Source of the DNA: Opitutales bacterium
GTDB lineage: Bacteria; Verrucomicrobiota; Verrucomicrobiia; Opitutales; UBA2987
Assembly: GCA_965226885.1 (NCBI GenBank)
Contig: CBDDEL010000017.1
Location: 512,001-576,000 of the forward strand
Direction: 5' to 3'
DNA length: 64,000 bases
This document shows, one piece after another, positions 1 through 12,232 of this stretch. Position 1 is the stretch's first letter; every line of letters starts with the position of its first letter. The notes beneath the pieces are model-generated. The model saw only the letters and a list, made by a program, of their open reading frames with translations, searched no databases and was not told where the DNA came from. Both the position numbers and the translations under genes were made by a program.

Positions 1-240
1 AAGAAAAATACCACAAAACCAGATTTATTAAGTGAAATGACAAAATTAGCTGAAACGTTATATGAAAGTTTTTTTTATGTTCGGGTTGATTTATACTTAG
101 TCGACAATAAGATATATTTTGGTGAATTGACATTTAAACCTCAAAGTGGTTATATCCGATTTGTACCAGAATCATTTGATAAATTTCTTGGAGATAAATT
201 GAAATTACCAATAAATTCAATGAATGTTTCAAAATGTTAA
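1..240 (+). CDS. TupA-like ATP-grasp protein, C-terminal part (polysaccharide-locus type; 5' end outside window)
   Basis: YVRVDLY...KIYFGELTFxPxSG is the typical TupA-like ATP-grasp C-terminus; very AT-rich compared with the rest of the window. Confidence 0.75.
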   Translation, partial: KKNTTKPDLLSEMTKLAETLYESFFYVRVDLYLVDNKIYFGELTFKPQSGYIRFVPESFDKFLGDKLKLPINSMNVSKC

Positions 241-297
241 GATCCAACGGAAATAAAACGGATCATTTCGATCTTTTTGTAATGAAATTGGCAATCC

Positions 298-1662
298 TCA
301 ATCGCTGAGGAGGAGGCGGACGTCTCCTTTGGCTCGGGCCAGGGAGAGGCGGCTGAGTTTGTATTGGTAGCGGATTTCGATCATTTCATCGCTGGCGTCG
401 GCCAGGGCCGCCAGGGCGTCGATGATTTCCCGGTTGTCGGCCACTCCTTCTGTAAATCGGGTGCGTGCCAGGTCGAGTTCCTCTTCGCTCAGTTCCACCC
501 TTTTTCGGGTGATGCCGATTTGCTCGTAGCGTGAGCGGGCGTCTTGCAGGGCCAGTTTATAATCGGCCCCCACCTGGTTTTCAATGTTTTGAACGACCAG
601 TTCCTGGGCGTGTATGATGGCTTCGGCCCGGCGTTTGTTGGAGCGGATGCGATGTCCCTCGAATATGGGCAGACTCATGGATATACCGGTCAGCCAGGTA
701 TTCCTTGAGCCTCCGTCGAAAGCTTGCTCAGTGGCATATCCCCACTCGCCGAAAAGGTTGATGCTAGGCAGTCTCTCCAGCCCCGCACATTTGCGCGCGG
801 CCAGATTTCGCTCCAGCTCCTCAATGGCAATAAGGTAGTTGGGGCGAGCCTCCAGCAGAGCCGCCAGGTTGTATTCCTGGCGATGAAACTGGATCGGTTT
901 TAATTGTTCCGTGGATTGGAGGGCCAGTTTCGCATCCAGATCAAGATCGAGCAGTAGCTGGAACCGGAGGGCGCTTTCCATAACCACGGTATCTTGCTGC
1001 AGGCGCTGCTTTTGATCGGTGGCCAAGGCGCTTTCGGCCCGTGTCACATCGATCCTCGTGGCCACCCCTGCATTGAGCTGGTTGATGGCCAGATCGAGGA
1101 GGGCTTCATCGCGTTCGATATTGGCATCGAGCACCTCGATGCGTTTGAGGTTGCGCAAATGGCTGTAGAAAGCATTGGCGGCATTGTTCAAGCTGTCTTG
1201 CAGCACACTCTCCAGGGTCAGCTCGGAAATTTGATGGTTGAAGCGCGACAATCGCCAGGTAGCGTAATTGACCACATTGATCAAAGGCACGCTACCGACC
1301 ATTTTTCCATCGAACCGGTTGACCGGCGGCGGGTTGGGAAAATCGAATCCAAATCCGACCGGGGCGATCTTGGTGCGTATCTGGGCAGCATCGAAGGAAA
1401 GCCGGGGAATCAGTTCCGAGCGGTCCCTCCTGGCAATTTGAAAAGCCTCCTCGACCGCCTGTCTCTGGATGAGCACTTCGAGGTTTTGTTTTTCAATCCA
1501 GGTAAAAGTCTCCGCCAGGTTAAGGCTGACCACTTCGCCCGAAAGAGGATTGAGCAAAGGCCCGAAAACCATCGCCAAAAGAGAAGCCGATAAAAACTTG
1601 AGCTTGCCTCGAAAGGAAAATTGGGGTCTTAAAGCTCTGGAAATTTTAGTTATTTGTTTCAT
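298..1662 (-). CDS. TolC-family outer membrane efflux protein
   Basis: Signal-like N-terminus and OEP repeats ([38 protein letters not shown]); start chosen at MKQIT (1662), the longer ORF overlaps nadE. Confidence 0.85.
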   Translation of the reverse strand: MKQITKISRALRPQFSFRGKLKFLSASLLAMVFGPLLNPLSGEVVSLNLAETFTWIEKQNLEVLIQRQAVEEAFQIARRDRSELIPRLSFDAAQIRTKIAPVGFGFDFPNPPPVNRFDGKMVGSVPLINVVNYATWRLSRFNHQISELTLESVLQDSLNNAANAFYSHLRNLKRIEVLDANIERDEALLDLAINQLNAGVATRIDVTRAESALATDQKQRLQQDTVVMESALRFQLLLDLDLDAKLALQSTEQLKPIQFHRQEYNLAALLEARPNYLIAIEELERNLAARKCAGLERLPSINLFGEWGYATEQAFDGGSRNTWLTGISMSLPIFEGHRIRSNKRRAEAIIHAQELVVQNIENQVGADYKLALQDARSRYEQIGITRKRVELSEEELDLARTRFTEGVADNREIIDALAALADASDEMIEIRYQYKLSRLSLARAKGDVRLLLSD

Positions 1663-1713
1663 AATTATGTTCGCTATTTTAGCCATAAAAACCTTTCGAT
1701 TCAGGGCAGAGCA

Positions 1714-3354
1714 ATGAAAATCGGCCTGGCCCAGATAAACACCATCGTCGGCGATCTGCCCGGGAACCGGCGCAAGATAATCGATGCCTACCGCCAACTC
1801 TGCGAGAAAGGAGCGGAGCTGGTTGTGTTCCCCGAGCTGGCCGTCTGCGGCTATCCCCCCAGGGACCTGCTGAGCAAGAGCCGTTTCGTCCCCGACAACG
1901 AAGCCTCGTTACAGGAAATTGCGGCCCAGTGCGGGCAGACGCCCCTCCTGGCAGGATTCGTCGAGCAAAATCACTCCGGCAAAGGCAGAGACTACTACAA
2001 CGCCGCCGCCTGGTGCGCCGATGGTGCCGTGGTGAAAACTTTTCAAAAATGCCTTTTGCCCACCTATGATGTTTTTGACGAAGTGCGGCATTTTCACGAG
2101 GCCGCCGATCCGCGTTTCATGGAATTTAAAGGATGCCGCATTGGCATCACCATTTGCGAAGACATCTGGACGGCCCAGTTTGTGGACACGCGCCAAAGGT
2201 ATGATTTCGACCCGGTGGAAGCGCTTTCCAGGATGGGGCTCGACTTGCTGGTGAATTTATCGGCCAGCCCCTGGCAATACGATAAAAATGCTTTCCGTCA
2301 AAATTTGGTCGTCAGCGCAGCCGAACGCTGCCGCTGCCCTGTCGTTTTCTGCAACGCGGTGGGGGGAAACGACGAACTCATTTTCGACGGGCACAGCATG
2401 GCCGTGAACGCCGAGGGTAAAGTGTTTGCCGGGCTGTCCGGCTTCCAGGAAGAAAACCTCGTAGTCGATACCGAATCCGGCCAGGAGTACATTTCCCCCA
2501 CTTTTCAACAGGAACCGATGGCCGATATACACGACGCCCTCGTCCTCGGCTTGAGGGATTACGCTCACAAATGTGGATTTCGAAAAGCCCTCCTCGGTTT
2601 AAGCGGGGGCATCGATTCGGCCGTCACAGCGGCACTGGCGGCGGACGCCCTGGGTCCAGAGAATGTCATCGGTATCAGCCTCCCCTCCTCCATTTCCAGC
2701 CGGCACAGCCGGGATGACGCCGCCGCCCTGGCCGCCAACCTGGGCATCGAATACCAAACGCTCCCCATCGCGGAACTGGTCTCGGCGGCCGATAAAACCC
2801 TCTCGTCGATTTTCGAGGGCCGCTCCGCGGACGTAACGGAGGAGAATGTGCAGGCCCGCAGCCGAGGCCTCCTGCTCATGGCGGTTTCCAACAAATTCGG
2901 GGCCCTCCTCCTATCCACCGGCAACAAAAGTGAATTGGCGGTAGGCTACTGCACGCTCTACGGGGACATGTGCGGCGGGTTGGCCGTGATTTCAGACCTG
3001 CCCAAGATCAAAGTTTACGAACTGGCCCGGTGGATGAATCGCAACGGCGAGATCATCCCCGTGAACACCATCGAAAAAGCGCCTTCGGCAGAACTGCGCC
3101 CCGACCAAAAAGACGAGGACTCACTGCCACCCTACGATATCCTGGACGCCATCCTGGCCCTTTATGTGGAGGAGGGAAAATCCTCACAAGAAATCACCGA
3201 AGCCGGTTTTGACCCTGAAGTTGTCCGGGACATCATCCGCAAGGTCGATCTCAACGAATACAAACGCCAACAGGCCGCCCCTGGATTGAAAATCACACCC
3301 TTGGCCTTCGGGGTAGGAAGGCGCATTCCCATCGTGCAAAAATACATCGGCTAA
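1714..3354 (+). CDS. nadE: Glutamine-dependent NAD+ synthetase
   Basis: Nitrilase domain ([20 protein letters not shown]) plus NAD synthase domain ([27 protein letters not shown]). Confidence 0.96.
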   Translation: MKIGLAQINTIVGDLPGNRRKIIDAYRQLCEKGAELVVFPELAVCGYPPRDLLSKSRFVPDNEASLQEIAAQCGQTPLLAGFVEQNHSGKGRDYYNAAAWCADGAVVKTFQKCLLPTYDVFDEVRHFHEAADPRFMEFKGCRIGITICEDIWTAQFVDTRQRYDFDPVEALSRMGLDLLVNLSASPWQYDKNAFRQNLVVSAAERCRCPVVFCNAVGGNDELIFDGHSMAVNAEGKVFAGLSGFQEENLVVDTESGQEYISPTFQQEPMADIHDALVLGLRDYAHKCGFRKALLGLSGGIDSAVTAALAADALGPENVIGISLPSSISSRHSRDDAAALAANLGIEYQTLPIAELVSAADKTLSSIFEGRSADVTEENVQARSRGLLLMAVSNKFGALLLSTGNKSELAVGYCTLYGDMCGGLAVISDLPKIKVYELARWMNRNGEIIPVNTIEKAPSAELRPDQKDEDSLPPYDILDAILALYVEEGKSSQEITEAGFDPEVVRDIIRKVDLNEYKRQQAAPGLKITPLAFGVGRRIPIVQKYIG

Positions 3355-3390
3355 ATGGGATGTAGCATCCATTCGAGCAATATTGAATTT

Positions 3391-4677
3391 ATGATGAAAT
3401 CCACGATTTCAGAAAATCTGTTTGCTAAGGCGAAGGAACTGATGCCGGGCGGGGTTAATTCCCCGGTGCGCGCATTCCGTTCCGTCAATGGGTCTCCTTT
3501 TTTTACGGAACGGGCGGACGGGGCCACTTTAACTACCGCCGACGGCGAGACATTGATCGATTACGTTTGCACCTGGGGCCCGGCCATTCATGGGCACAAC
3601 CATCCGGCCATTCGCGCCGCCCTGGCCGACGCCCTGGAAAAAGGCACCAGTTTCGGCACCCCCAACCCCTACGAAGTGGAAATGGCGGAACGCATCCACG
3701 AGATGGTCCCCTCGGTGCAAAAAGTGCGCATGGTCAACAGCGGGACCGAGGCCACCATGTCTTGCATACGGCTGGCCCGGGGATACACGGGACGGGATAA
3801 AATCATCAAATTCGCCGGCTGTTACCACGGGCATGTCGATTCCCTTTTGGTCAAAGCCGGTTCGGGGGCACTGACATTCGGGCATCCCGACAGCGCCGGG
3901 ATTCCCACCGGTTTTGCTCGTGAAACCATCGTTTTGCCATTCAACGATGAGGCGGCCCTGGAGGAAACCTTTAAAACTCGAGGCGGTGAAATAGCGAGCC
4001 TCATAGTGGAACCCTATCCGGCCAACAACTGCCTCATCCTGCCCAACGAAGGGTATTTACAAAAACTAAGAGACGTTTGCACAAGGCACGGCAGCGTGCT
4101 CATATTCGATGAGGTGATGACCGGGTTTCGGGTCGCCCCAGGCGGGGTTCAGGAAAAAGAAGGCATCGTGCCCGACTTGACCGCACTGGGCAAAATCATT
4201 GGCGGTGGTCTGCCCGTGGGAGCGTTCGGCGGCAAAGCCGAAATTATGGATTGCCTGGCTCCCGACGGACCCGTTTACCAAGCAGGCACTTTAAGCGGCA
4301 ACCCGTTGGCCATGACCGCCGGAATTACCGCATTAAAGCTGTTGAAAAAAGAAAATCCCTATCAAAAGCTGGACCGGATGGGTAAAAGCCTGGGCCGGGC
4401 TTTGCTCAATGCGGCCGAGGCAAAGGGCATTGCGTTACAGTTTCCACAAACCGGCTCTATGTTCTCGCCCATATTTTCGGAAGAACCGGTGACCAATTTC
4501 GAGCAAGCCCTCAAGGTGGATGCCGCTAAATTCGGGAAACTCTTTCACTACGCGCTGGAACACGGGATCTACCTGCCGCCGTCGGCATACGAAACCTGCT
4601 TCATCAGCACCGCCCATACCGATCTCGACCTCGAAAAAACCGCCGACGTTCTGTCCGCTGGCCTGAAAAGCTTCTGA
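3391..4677 (+). CDS. hemL: Glutamate-1-semialdehyde 2,1-aminomutase
   Basis: [47 protein letters not shown]. Confidence 0.97.
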   Translation: MMKSTISENLFAKAKELMPGGVNSPVRAFRSVNGSPFFTERADGATLTTADGETLIDYVCTWGPAIHGHNHPAIRAALADALEKGTSFGTPNPYEVEMAERIHEMVPSVQKVRMVNSGTEATMSCIRLARGYTGRDKIIKFAGCYHGHVDSLLVKAGSGALTFGHPDSAGIPTGFARETIVLPFNDEAALEETFKTRGGEIASLIVEPYPANNCLILPNEGYLQKLRDVCTRHGSVLIFDEVMTGFRVAPGGVQEKEGIVPDLTALGKIIGGGLPVGAFGGKAEIMDCLAPDGPVYQAGTLSGNPLAMTAGITALKLLKKENPYQKLDRMGKSLGRALLNAAEAKGIALQFPQTGSMFSPIFSEEPVTNFEQALKVDAAKFGKLFHYALEHGIYLPPSAYETCFISTAHTDLDLEKTADVLSAGLKSF

Positions 4678-4702
4678 CAACCTCTGCCGATCATAGGATG
4701 AC

Positions 4703-5431
4703 GTGAACTGGCTGCCTCCACCGGAGAATATTTGCGCAACCGAAAATACGGTCGATGTTTGGCGCCTGCCACTTCTCCCCGACAGCGAAAATTTGCGCGA
4801 TTGCTATACCTGGCTCTCCCCCGATGAAAAAGTAAGGTCCGGGCGGTTTATCAGAGAAATACACAGCCAGCGGTTTATTCTGGGCCGCGGCGGTTTGCGC
4901 AATATTCTCTCTCGCTACGAGCAGACCCATCCCTCCAGAATCAAGTTCCACTATAACCCTCAGGGCAAGCCAGAGTTGGCCTGCAATGAGAGCTTGCGCT
5001 TCAATCTCTCACACTCCAAGGACCTCGCCCTGGCCGCCGTTACGGCAAACAAGTTGGTCGGGATCGATGTCGAATATATGCGCGGAAATGTGGATTACCT
5101 CGGACTGTCCGATCGTTTTTTTGCCCAAAATGAGGCCGAGGCCCTGAAAAAAATGCCAGCCTCATTGCAAAAAGAATCCTTTTTCCGCATCTGGACACGC
5201 AAGGAGGCTTACATTAAAGCGCATGGCAAGGGTCTATCCCTCCCTCTGGATCAATTCGAGGTTTCAACCGCAAAGGATGATCCGCCGCGACTGCTTTCCA
5301 CCCGGCACGACCCAAAGGATAAGGACCGATGGAGTTTTTTTGAAATCGAGACCTGGGAAAACTACACCGGCACACTGGTTTGGGAGAGCCCCGGAGGTGA
5401 CATCCGATATTGGGAAGACCCCTGGGATTAA
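4703..5431 (+). CDS. Sfp-type 4'-phosphopantetheinyl transferase
   Basis: GKP, FNLSHS, VGIDVE and WTRKEAYIKAxG motifs. Confidence 0.92.
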   Translation: MNWLPPPENICATENTVDVWRLPLLPDSENLRDCYTWLSPDEKVRSGRFIREIHSQRFILGRGGLRNILSRYEQTHPSRIKFHYNPQGKPELACNESLRFNLSHSKDLALAAVTANKLVGIDVEYMRGNVDYLGLSDRFFAQNEAEALKKMPASLQKESFFRIWTRKEAYIKAHGKGLSLPLDQFEVSTAKDDPPRLLSTRHDPKDKDRWSFFEIETWENYTGTLVWESPGGDIRYWEDPWD

Positions 5432-5445
5432 AAGAGTTGGGGAAA

Positions 5446-5862
5446 TTACATTCTGAATTCCCGCATCTGCCTCTGCACATCGGGAGTGAAATAGGTGCCG
5501 CCCTCAATGATGGTTTCCACCGCCTTCTTCAATTGGTCCAGCCCGCATGATTTTTCAACAAACCCATCCGCTTTGCCATGCAGCGCAATGCGGTTGGATT
5601 CTGGATTAACCGTGGCCGTGAATATAAGCACCTTGATGTCGGGGATCTTGTTCTTCAATATATGAAGAATCTCCAATCCGTTGATTTCGGGCAGCCGAAT
5701 GTCGATGATGGCAAGCTCGGGTTTTAATTCGAGGCATTCACGCAAAGCCTCTTTGCCATTGCCGCTATAACCGATAACTTCGATTTCGGGCATGGTGGCC
5801 TTAAAAAACTCCACACATAGATCCCGTAAAACAACCTCGTCCTCGATAAAGTAAACTTTCAT
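5446..5862 (-). CDS. Receiver-only response regulator (NarL-like REC, no HTH)
   Basis: IEDE, IDIRLPEING, GFVEK; ends after GGTYFTP without an HTH. Confidence 0.85.
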   Translation of the reverse strand: MKVYFIEDEVVLRDLCVEFFKATMPEIEVIGYSGNGKEALRECLELKPELAIIDIRLPEINGLEILHILKNKIPDIKVLIFTATVNPESNRIALHGKADGFVEKSCGLDQLKKAVETIIEGGTYFTPDVQRQMREFRM

Positions 5863-5953
5863 TAATCAATCCCTGTTCAAAAATAATTTACAACCGTCAG
5901 CAGGCTGTCAACGGAACATATTGCCACGCCCTCTTAATCGCCTGTCGTCTTCA

Positions 5954-6403
5954 TCAGGCTGGAGCCGCGGCAAGCGAATCGGAAGCATTGTAAATCTTCA
6001 CCTGCCTGAGTACGTTGGGACTGAAATACTTTTCTCCCGAAAAAATAGAACACAAGGCTGTCTTCAATTGTTCCAACCCGCCCGCTTTTTCTATAAATCC
6101 GTCAGCACCCCCACGGACGGCTTCGTTGATGGTATCCGGGCAAACGGAACCGGTCAGGAACCCGACTTTGGCAGCCGGGTTCTGCTCTTTGATTATTTTG
6201 AGCAGTTCCAGTCCGCTGATTTCGGGCAGCATGATGTCCAGCAAAACAAGATCGGGCTGCAGGTCTCGGCAATCCCGCAAGACCCGGCAGCCATCTTCAG
6301 CCATTCCCACCAGCTCGAACTCCGGTAGAGCCAGAGCAAAATAATCGCTGTACAAATCGCGCAAGACGGATTCGGCCTCAACAATATAGACCTTATTCAT
6401 CAC
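5954..6403 (-). CDS. Receiver-only response regulator (paralog of neighbour)
   Basis: LDIMLPEISG, GFIEK, GEKYFSP; no HTH. Confidence 0.85.
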   Translation of the reverse strand: MMNKVYIVEAESVLRDLYSDYFALALPEFELVGMAEDGCRVLRDCRDLQPDLVLLDIMLPEISGLELLKIIKEQNPAAKVGFLTGSVCPDTINEAVRGGADGFIEKAGGLEQLKTALCSIFSGEKYFSPNVLRQVKIYNASDSLAAAPA

Positions 6404-6514
6404 GATAAACCGGAAACAACTCCGTAATGAAAAAGTCGGCCCGTTTTTTCGCTTCTTTACCGGGATTTCATATTTTCCAAGGGATTAAGCGATCCGGGAG
6501 GTCCCTTGGCCCTT

Positions 6515-7839
6515 TGATGTGCACTGGAAAAAGTGGACACGAGATTCTCCTAAATGGAGAATCGAAGCATGGGAAGAAGACGCAGTATAGAGTTCAAAAA
6601 TGAGGCAGTTCAACTGATGATACTCGATGGTCTGAGCGCCACCGAGGTATCGACCAAACTTGGGGTCAACACCAACCAATTGTATAGGTGGAAGAGGCTC
6701 TATCTGGACGATCAGCAGGGCGAAGCCACCTCAAAGCGACAGAGCAGTCCGAAGGAGATGGCGGCCGAGATAGATCGTCTTCGCAAAGAGCTGCGCCGCT
6801 CGGAGCGGATCAACCAGATACTAAAAAAAACGGTGGGCTACTTTGCCAAGGACGAACAATGAAGTACCAGTTTGTCAAAGACAACGAGGGGCGCTTCAAG
6901 ATCGAGGAAATATGCTCGGCGATGGGGATTTGTCGCAGTGGCTATTACTGCTGGAGGCACCGAGCGCCCTCGGCCCGGCGGATCGAGGACGAGGGAATCA
7001 AGGGGGCGATCCTGAAGGTACACAAAGAGGCCAAGGGCCGCTATGGGCATCGGCCAATGCACCGCCATCTGAAGGATGATGAGGGCATCGATTGCGGCCG
7101 TGACCGGGCTCTGCGTCTGATGCGTGAAATGGGAATCAAAAGCACCCAGAGTAAACGCTTTAAGCCATTAAAAACCAACAGTAACCATCCCTATGGTTAC
7201 AGCCCCAATGTGCTTAAAAAGCATGGCCAGCCGACCCATATCGACGAGGTCTGGGTGGCGGACACGACCTACCTACGGACCCTGGCCGGTTGGATGTACT
7301 TGGCCACGGTGATGGACCTGTTCAGCCGACGCCTGCTGGGCTGGAGCGTTTCCAACCACAACGACGCGAAGCTGGTTGGCAAGGCCCTCAAAGCCGCGGC
7401 CATGACCCGCGGCACACTGCGCACCGGGATTATTCATCACAGCGATCGGGGCAGCCCCTACGCCAGCGACGACTATCAGAGGCTGGTCTCTGAACTAGGC
7501 ATGAAGCCGAGCATGAGCGCCCAAGGCAACTGCTACGACAACGCGGCCATGGAATCGTTCTACGGCCGCTTCAAGACCAGCACGATTCGAGGCCGCCACT
7601 TTGCCGACGAGCGCGAACTGCGATCAACTGTCTTCGAATACGTGGAAATCTTCTACAACCGATATCGCAAACATTCCTCTCTGAGTTACCAAAGCCCAGT
7701 CCAATTCGAGGAAAATATTTGCCCCCCATGGGGGGCAACGAGAAAACAAAACCCTTTACCAAAACAAGCCGCCTGACACACTAATCAATAAACAATGAAT
7801 ATAAGAGAATCCCGTGTCCAACAAATCCAGTACACGTCA
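6515..7839 (+). mobile_element. IS3-family element, copy 1 (1325 bp variant)
   Basis: IRL TGATGTGCACTGGAAAAAGTGGACAC, IRR GTGTCCAACAAATCCAGTACACGTCA; orfA 6554-6862, orfB to 7776 (WVADTTY, HHSDRGS, DNAAMESF); A8 -1 frameshift window; 4-bp TSD CCTT; intergenic. Confidence 0.97.
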
Positions 7840-7907
7840 CCTTGGCCTTTGACGAACTGGAATCTGCCATCAATCAGGAAACGGGGGGAACAGGCCCTTG
7901 AACCAAA

Positions 7908-8983
7908 CTAGGAGCGGCCGTCCGCTTCCTGCAAGGATTCGAGAGTCGAAAGATAGGTCGTCATAACCCCCTTGCCTTTTACCTCGATAATCCCTCTGGG
8001 CATAAAGCCGTTCTGGCCCGGTAGACGTTTTAAGGTTTCTTCCGCTACCTGGATGTTGCCGGGTAGGCCGAGAGACTCCATGCGGCTTGCCAAATTAACG
8101 GTTTCGCCCCATAAATCGTAAGCAAATCTGGTCTGGCCGATGACCCCCGCCACGACAGGGCCAGAATGCATGCCGATACGTAGTTTCAGGCTCATATTAT
8201 GATCCTCATTGAACTGGTTCATATAGCGGAGGCAGGCATAAGCAAATTCGAGGCAGTTTTTCTCATGATTTTCAACATTTGGCGCAATGCCCACCACCAC
8301 CATGTAGGAGTCGCCGATGGTCTTGATTTTTTCCAATTGAAAATCGACCACCATTTTATCGAAGGCGCTGAATATGTGGTTGAGTAGGTAAAGCAGGGTA
8401 TCGGGGCTGATTTGGGAAGATAATTTCGTAAACCCGACCAGGTCGGCGAAAAGGACGGTGGCGTCTGCTATATCTTCCGCGATGTTGTCCTCTCCTTTTT
8501 TCAATCTTTCGGCAATGCTCCGGGGCAATACGTTATATAGAACCGTTTCCGATTTTCTTTTTTCTCTCTCTACCTGCTGAAAGAGGCGTCTTTCCTGGTC
8601 CCGCAGGTATTTGCGTTCAAGGCTGGCTCCCACACGGGCCCGCAGGAGCGTTTCCTCCACCGGTTTGGTCAGATAATCCTCGGCCCCGCTCTCGATACAA
8701 CGAATGACGCTGTCCAACTGGTCCAAAGCGGTAACCATTATGACCGGTATGATGCGAAGGTTCTCTTTGACCTGCATATATTCGAGGACTTCATAACCGT
8801 TCATAACCGGCATATTGATGTCCAGCAGCACCAAGTCTATATGCCTGTGGTCTTCGATCAATTGGATGGGATGGCTTTTTTCCCATCCATGGCCGTATGC
8901 AGGCTCTCGTAGCCGTGATCTTCGAGCAGAGCCAAGACCAGATCCAGATTATCCTCATGATCGTCCACCACGAGGATATTCAT
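7908..8983 (-). pseudogene. Response regulator-adenylate/guanylate cyclase (REC-class III cyclase), frameshifted
   Basis: N-terminus MNILVVDDHEDN from 8983 stops after a 5-bp duplication at 8865-8874; the rest (LFADLVGFT, KTIGDSYM, YDLWGETVNLASRME) is in another frame. Confidence 0.88.
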
Positions 8984-9120
8984 TTTATGGAGATTTTCCT
9001 GTAGCTCTTTTTCCAATCATTTTCCCCCTGTTGACAAAGTTCAATTCATGAACTTGAAATTATCTTTATAGCGTTTGATGTCAAAAATCGTAGTCGAAGG
9101 AAAGAAGAAATGGCGGAACT

Positions 9121-11673
9121 TCAATCGATTACCGGTTCGTTAAACATTTCTTCCCCTTTCACCATGATTTTTTCCGCCCGCGATTCAAGCCATTTGCGCT
9201 CTGCCATGGACAGGCTCTTGGCCGTAATCACAATGACCGGGATTTCGGCAAATTTATCCATACTCCGAAATTCCTGCAGAAAAGTTAATCCATCCATGAC
9301 CGGCATCATGAGGTCCAGAAACACCACATCAGGGGTAAAGGTTTTTAGAACCTCGAGGGCTTCCTTGCCGTTGCCGGCGGTCTGGATTTCATTTAGGTTG
9401 TCATCCAGCCAAAGTCTCATCAGTTCCTGGTACTCGACCAAATCGTCCACGATGAGAATTTTCCGGTTGGCGATTTTATCCGCATTGAGGGTCCGGCGGA
9501 TGCAGGCCAGGAAATCTTTTTGCACAACCGGTTTGGGCAGCGCATCGACCGCCCCGAAGGTGACCGCTTTCTGCCGATCGGCCACCATGCTGACGATGAC
9601 CACCGGCACATCGGCCGTTTCCGGGTCGGCTTTCAATACGCCGAGGACTTCCCAGCCGTTGCTTTCGGGCATCATAATGTCCAATGTGATCAAATCGGGT
9701 TTGTGCTCTTTAACCAAGGCCGGCACTTTGAGGGGCTCGCCGCACTCAATCGCAACAGCGCCAAGGTCTTTTACATACTGCACGATAAACTCTCTGGCGT
9801 CGGGATCGTCGTCCACCACCAGGATGCGCTTTCCTGGGGCAATGGGCAAAATTTTCTTCAAATCATCCCCGGTGCCTGCCTCTTCCACCCGTTTGGCGGT
9901 TACAACCGGAGCCGCCGGGGCAGACGGCTTTTCTTTAACAACCGGTTTTTCCGCTGGTTTCTTTTCCGTTTTTTCGGAGGGGGCGGGCTTGCTTTCGTCC
10001 GCCGGGGCGGAAACTTTAATCAAGGGCAGCTCTACCGTAAAGGTCGCCCCTTTGTTGACTCCTTCGCTCGTCACGGTCAAAGTTCCGCCCAGCAGTTCGA
10101 TAATGGAGCGGGAAATGGTCAGGCCCAAACCGGTGCCCCCAAAATCACGCGAGGTGCTGCTATCCTGCTGGCTGAAGGCACGGAAAATCAGCTCCATGCT
10201 GTCGGCCCTTATACCGACGCCGGTATCGATCACCTGCAACCGGATTTTTTTCTTCCTTCCATCCAAAAGAGCCGCCTTTAATCGCACCGAGCCTTCCTTC
10301 GTGAATTTAATGGCGTTGCCCACCAGATTGATGATCACCTGTTTCAATTTATAACCATCGGTCTGCGTCCGCAGGGAATCCTCCGAACATTCATAAACCA
10401 GATTCACTTGCTTGGCGTCGGCCTGGGGCTGGAGCATTTCCACCACATCGCGCAAAAACGGAATCAGGTCGGTGTCTTCATTGATGATGTCCATGCGACC
10501 CGATTCGATTTTGGATAGATCGAGAATATCATTGATCAAACTGAGCAAATGTTTGCCGTTGCGATTGATTTTCTCCACCCGGCTCAGTTCGCCCTCACCC
10601 AATATCCCTTTGCGGTTTTTCAGCAATATGCCCGAAAACCCGATAATCGAATTGAGCGGTGTGCGCAATTCATGGCTCATATTGGCAACGAATTCGCTCT
10701 TGTGCTTGTGGGCGGCCAACAATTCCTGGTTGGCTTCCTCCAAAAGAATGGACTGTTTTTGCACCGACCGGTAGGTTTCGGCATTGAAGAGGGCGTTGCC
10801 GAGCGCCTCAATTTGGTTGGAAAGTACCTGGCGGGTGTTGGGATCGACCCGGCTGATTCCCGCCAGTATAATAACTCCCAATAATTTCTGCTGAAATTGT
10901 ATCGGAATGCCGTAGAAATTTCTGATCTTCGCTTTGGTGAAACCGAGATTGAGGTCGGGCAAAGCCTCCTCATCAATATCTTCCAGGGTGATCCATTTCT
11001 TGCGGCGCATAATTTCGCCGGGCAGTCCCTCCATGGCATTGGCGTCGGTGCCGGTGAAGTTTCTGAGAAAAGATTGGTCCAGACCCCGCTGGCTGATGGT
11101 ATGAAATTCACCTTTCTGCTTGTTGAAAAGGTAGAAAATGCCCACCTGGCAATTGGAAATTTCGATCGCCGAATCGAGGGTCGCATTGGCAATGACATTG
11201 ATTTCAATCGAGGATATACGGGACAAAAAATCGCCTAATTTTTTCCGTATCCACACACTGGCGGACAGTTCCCTGTTCTGTTCTTCCAGGTCCGCCTGCG
11301 ATTCCTCCAGCTTTCCCCGAGATTCTTCCAGTTCCATGATGATAGCGCCGCTTTTGGCCGCCATCAGGTTGGTGGCGTGCGCAAGCCGGCCGATGTGGTC
11401 GCTGCCCTTGACCATCGATTGAACCGTGTAATCTCCCCGGCCTATGGCATTGGCTACCTTCAAGACCTCCTTCAGCCGCTGGTTGGTGCGGTGGAATTGT
11501 ACCACGATTACAAGCATGGCCGACATAATGAGGGTGCCCACGGCCTGCTGCTGGCTGACAATCTCTGTCGATATGAGGTCAGGACGGATTACAATTATGA
11601 GCAAAAATACCAATATCCCCATGGGTAGAACCCAAAGGGTTAATCGCGGCATCCATTGAACCGGCCCCTTCAA
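9121..11673 (-). CDS. Hybrid sensor histidine kinase (TM-HAMP-GAF-HisKA-HATPase-REC-REC)
   Basis: [31 protein letters not shown], two receiver domains. Confidence 0.93.
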   Translation of the reverse strand: MKGPVQWMPRLTLWVLPMGILVFLLIIVIRPDLISTEIVSQQQAVGTLIMSAMLVIVVQFHRTNQRLKEVLKVANAIGRGDYTVQSMVKGSDHIGRLAHATNLMAAKSGAIIMELEESRGKLEESQADLEEQNRELSASVWIRKKLGDFLSRISSIEINVIANATLDSAIEISNCQVGIFYLFNKQKGEFHTISQRGLDQSFLRNFTGTDANAMEGLPGEIMRRKKWITLEDIDEEALPDLNLGFTKAKIRNFYGIPIQFQQKLLGVIILAGISRVDPNTRQVLSNQIEALGNALFNAETYRSVQKQSILLEEANQELLAAHKHKSEFVANMSHELRTPLNSIIGFSGILLKNRKGILGEGELSRVEKINRNGKHLLSLINDILDLSKIESGRMDIINEDTDLIPFLRDVVEMLQPQADAKQVNLVYECSEDSLRTQTDGYKLKQVIINLVGNAIKFTKEGSVRLKAALLDGRKKKIRLQVIDTGVGIRADSMELIFRAFSQQDSSTSRDFGGTGLGLTISRSIIELLGGTLTVTSEGVNKGATFTVELPLIKVSAPADESKPAPSEKTEKKPAEKPVVKEKPSAPAAPVVTAKRVEEAGTGDDLKKILPIAPGKRILVVDDDPDAREFIVQYVKDLGAVAIECGEPLKVPALVKEHKPDLITLDIMMPESNGWEVLGVLKADPETADVPVVIVSMVADRQKAVTFGAVDALPKPVVQKDFLACIRRTLNADKIANRKILIVDDLVEYQELMRLWLDDNLNEIQTAGNGKEALEVLKTFTPDVVFLDLMMPVMDGLTFLQEFRSMDKFAEIPVIVITAKSLSMAERKWLESRAEKIMVKGEEMFNEPVID

Positions 11674-11679
11674 AATCTG

Positions 11680-12044
11680 CTATCCGCCTATTACTCTTGA
11701 TATTTCTCCCCTGAGCACATCTTCATCGACAATCGGCTTGCTCACATAGCCATCAAATCCGGATTGAATGAAACGCCTCTTGTCATCCTTCATGGCGTGC
11801 GCGGTGAGGGCAATCATGGGAACATACTGGAAAGTTTGCTCATCCTTTATTTTATTCATAAGGGTGACCCCGTCCATTCCCGGGTGACCCCGTCCATTCC
11901 CGGCAAACTGATGTCCAGAATAAATATATCCGGTTTTTCAATTTCCGGTTTATAAAGATAAGTGAGCAGCTCAACGGCGCTGGAAAACCGTTTGATATCG
12001 TATAGATCAGAGAGCATGTCCACCACCAGGTATATTTTTTTCAT
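11680..12044 (-). pseudogene. Single-domain (DivK-like) response regulator, frameshifted
   Basis: LDISLPGMDG and IALTAHAM...KPI in different frames, joined by removing a 20-bp duplication (11862-11901); the N-terminus also appears to lack the acidic pocket. Confidence 0.85.
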
Positions 12045-12232
12045 AAATCGTTTATCTATTGGATTGAACCCTATGGCCGGAACCGCGGGCCACGCGGAGT
12101 TTTGACCGAACCCATTTTGGCAGGCTCATAAACTTAACAGATGCGCAGTAAAGCGCAGTAAATGAAAAGACTTTTTATCCATTCCATGGAAATCATGGAA
12201 ATGACCCTCCCGCGCCAGCAAAGACCAGCATT

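Noticed and set aside
4703..5431. Sfp PPTase as a marker of an NRPS/PKS cluster
   Set aside because: No carrier-protein or synthase genes in the window
6688..6858. N-terminal extension of the 362-aa IS3 ORF as a real protein start
   Set aside because: It is the -1 frame overlapping orfA, entered by frameshift at the A8 run or at the ATG overlapping the orfA stop
9110..10354. 414-aa plus-strand ORF and the many similar antisense ORFs
   Set aside because: Shadow ORFs opposite well-supported genes, with no recognisable domains
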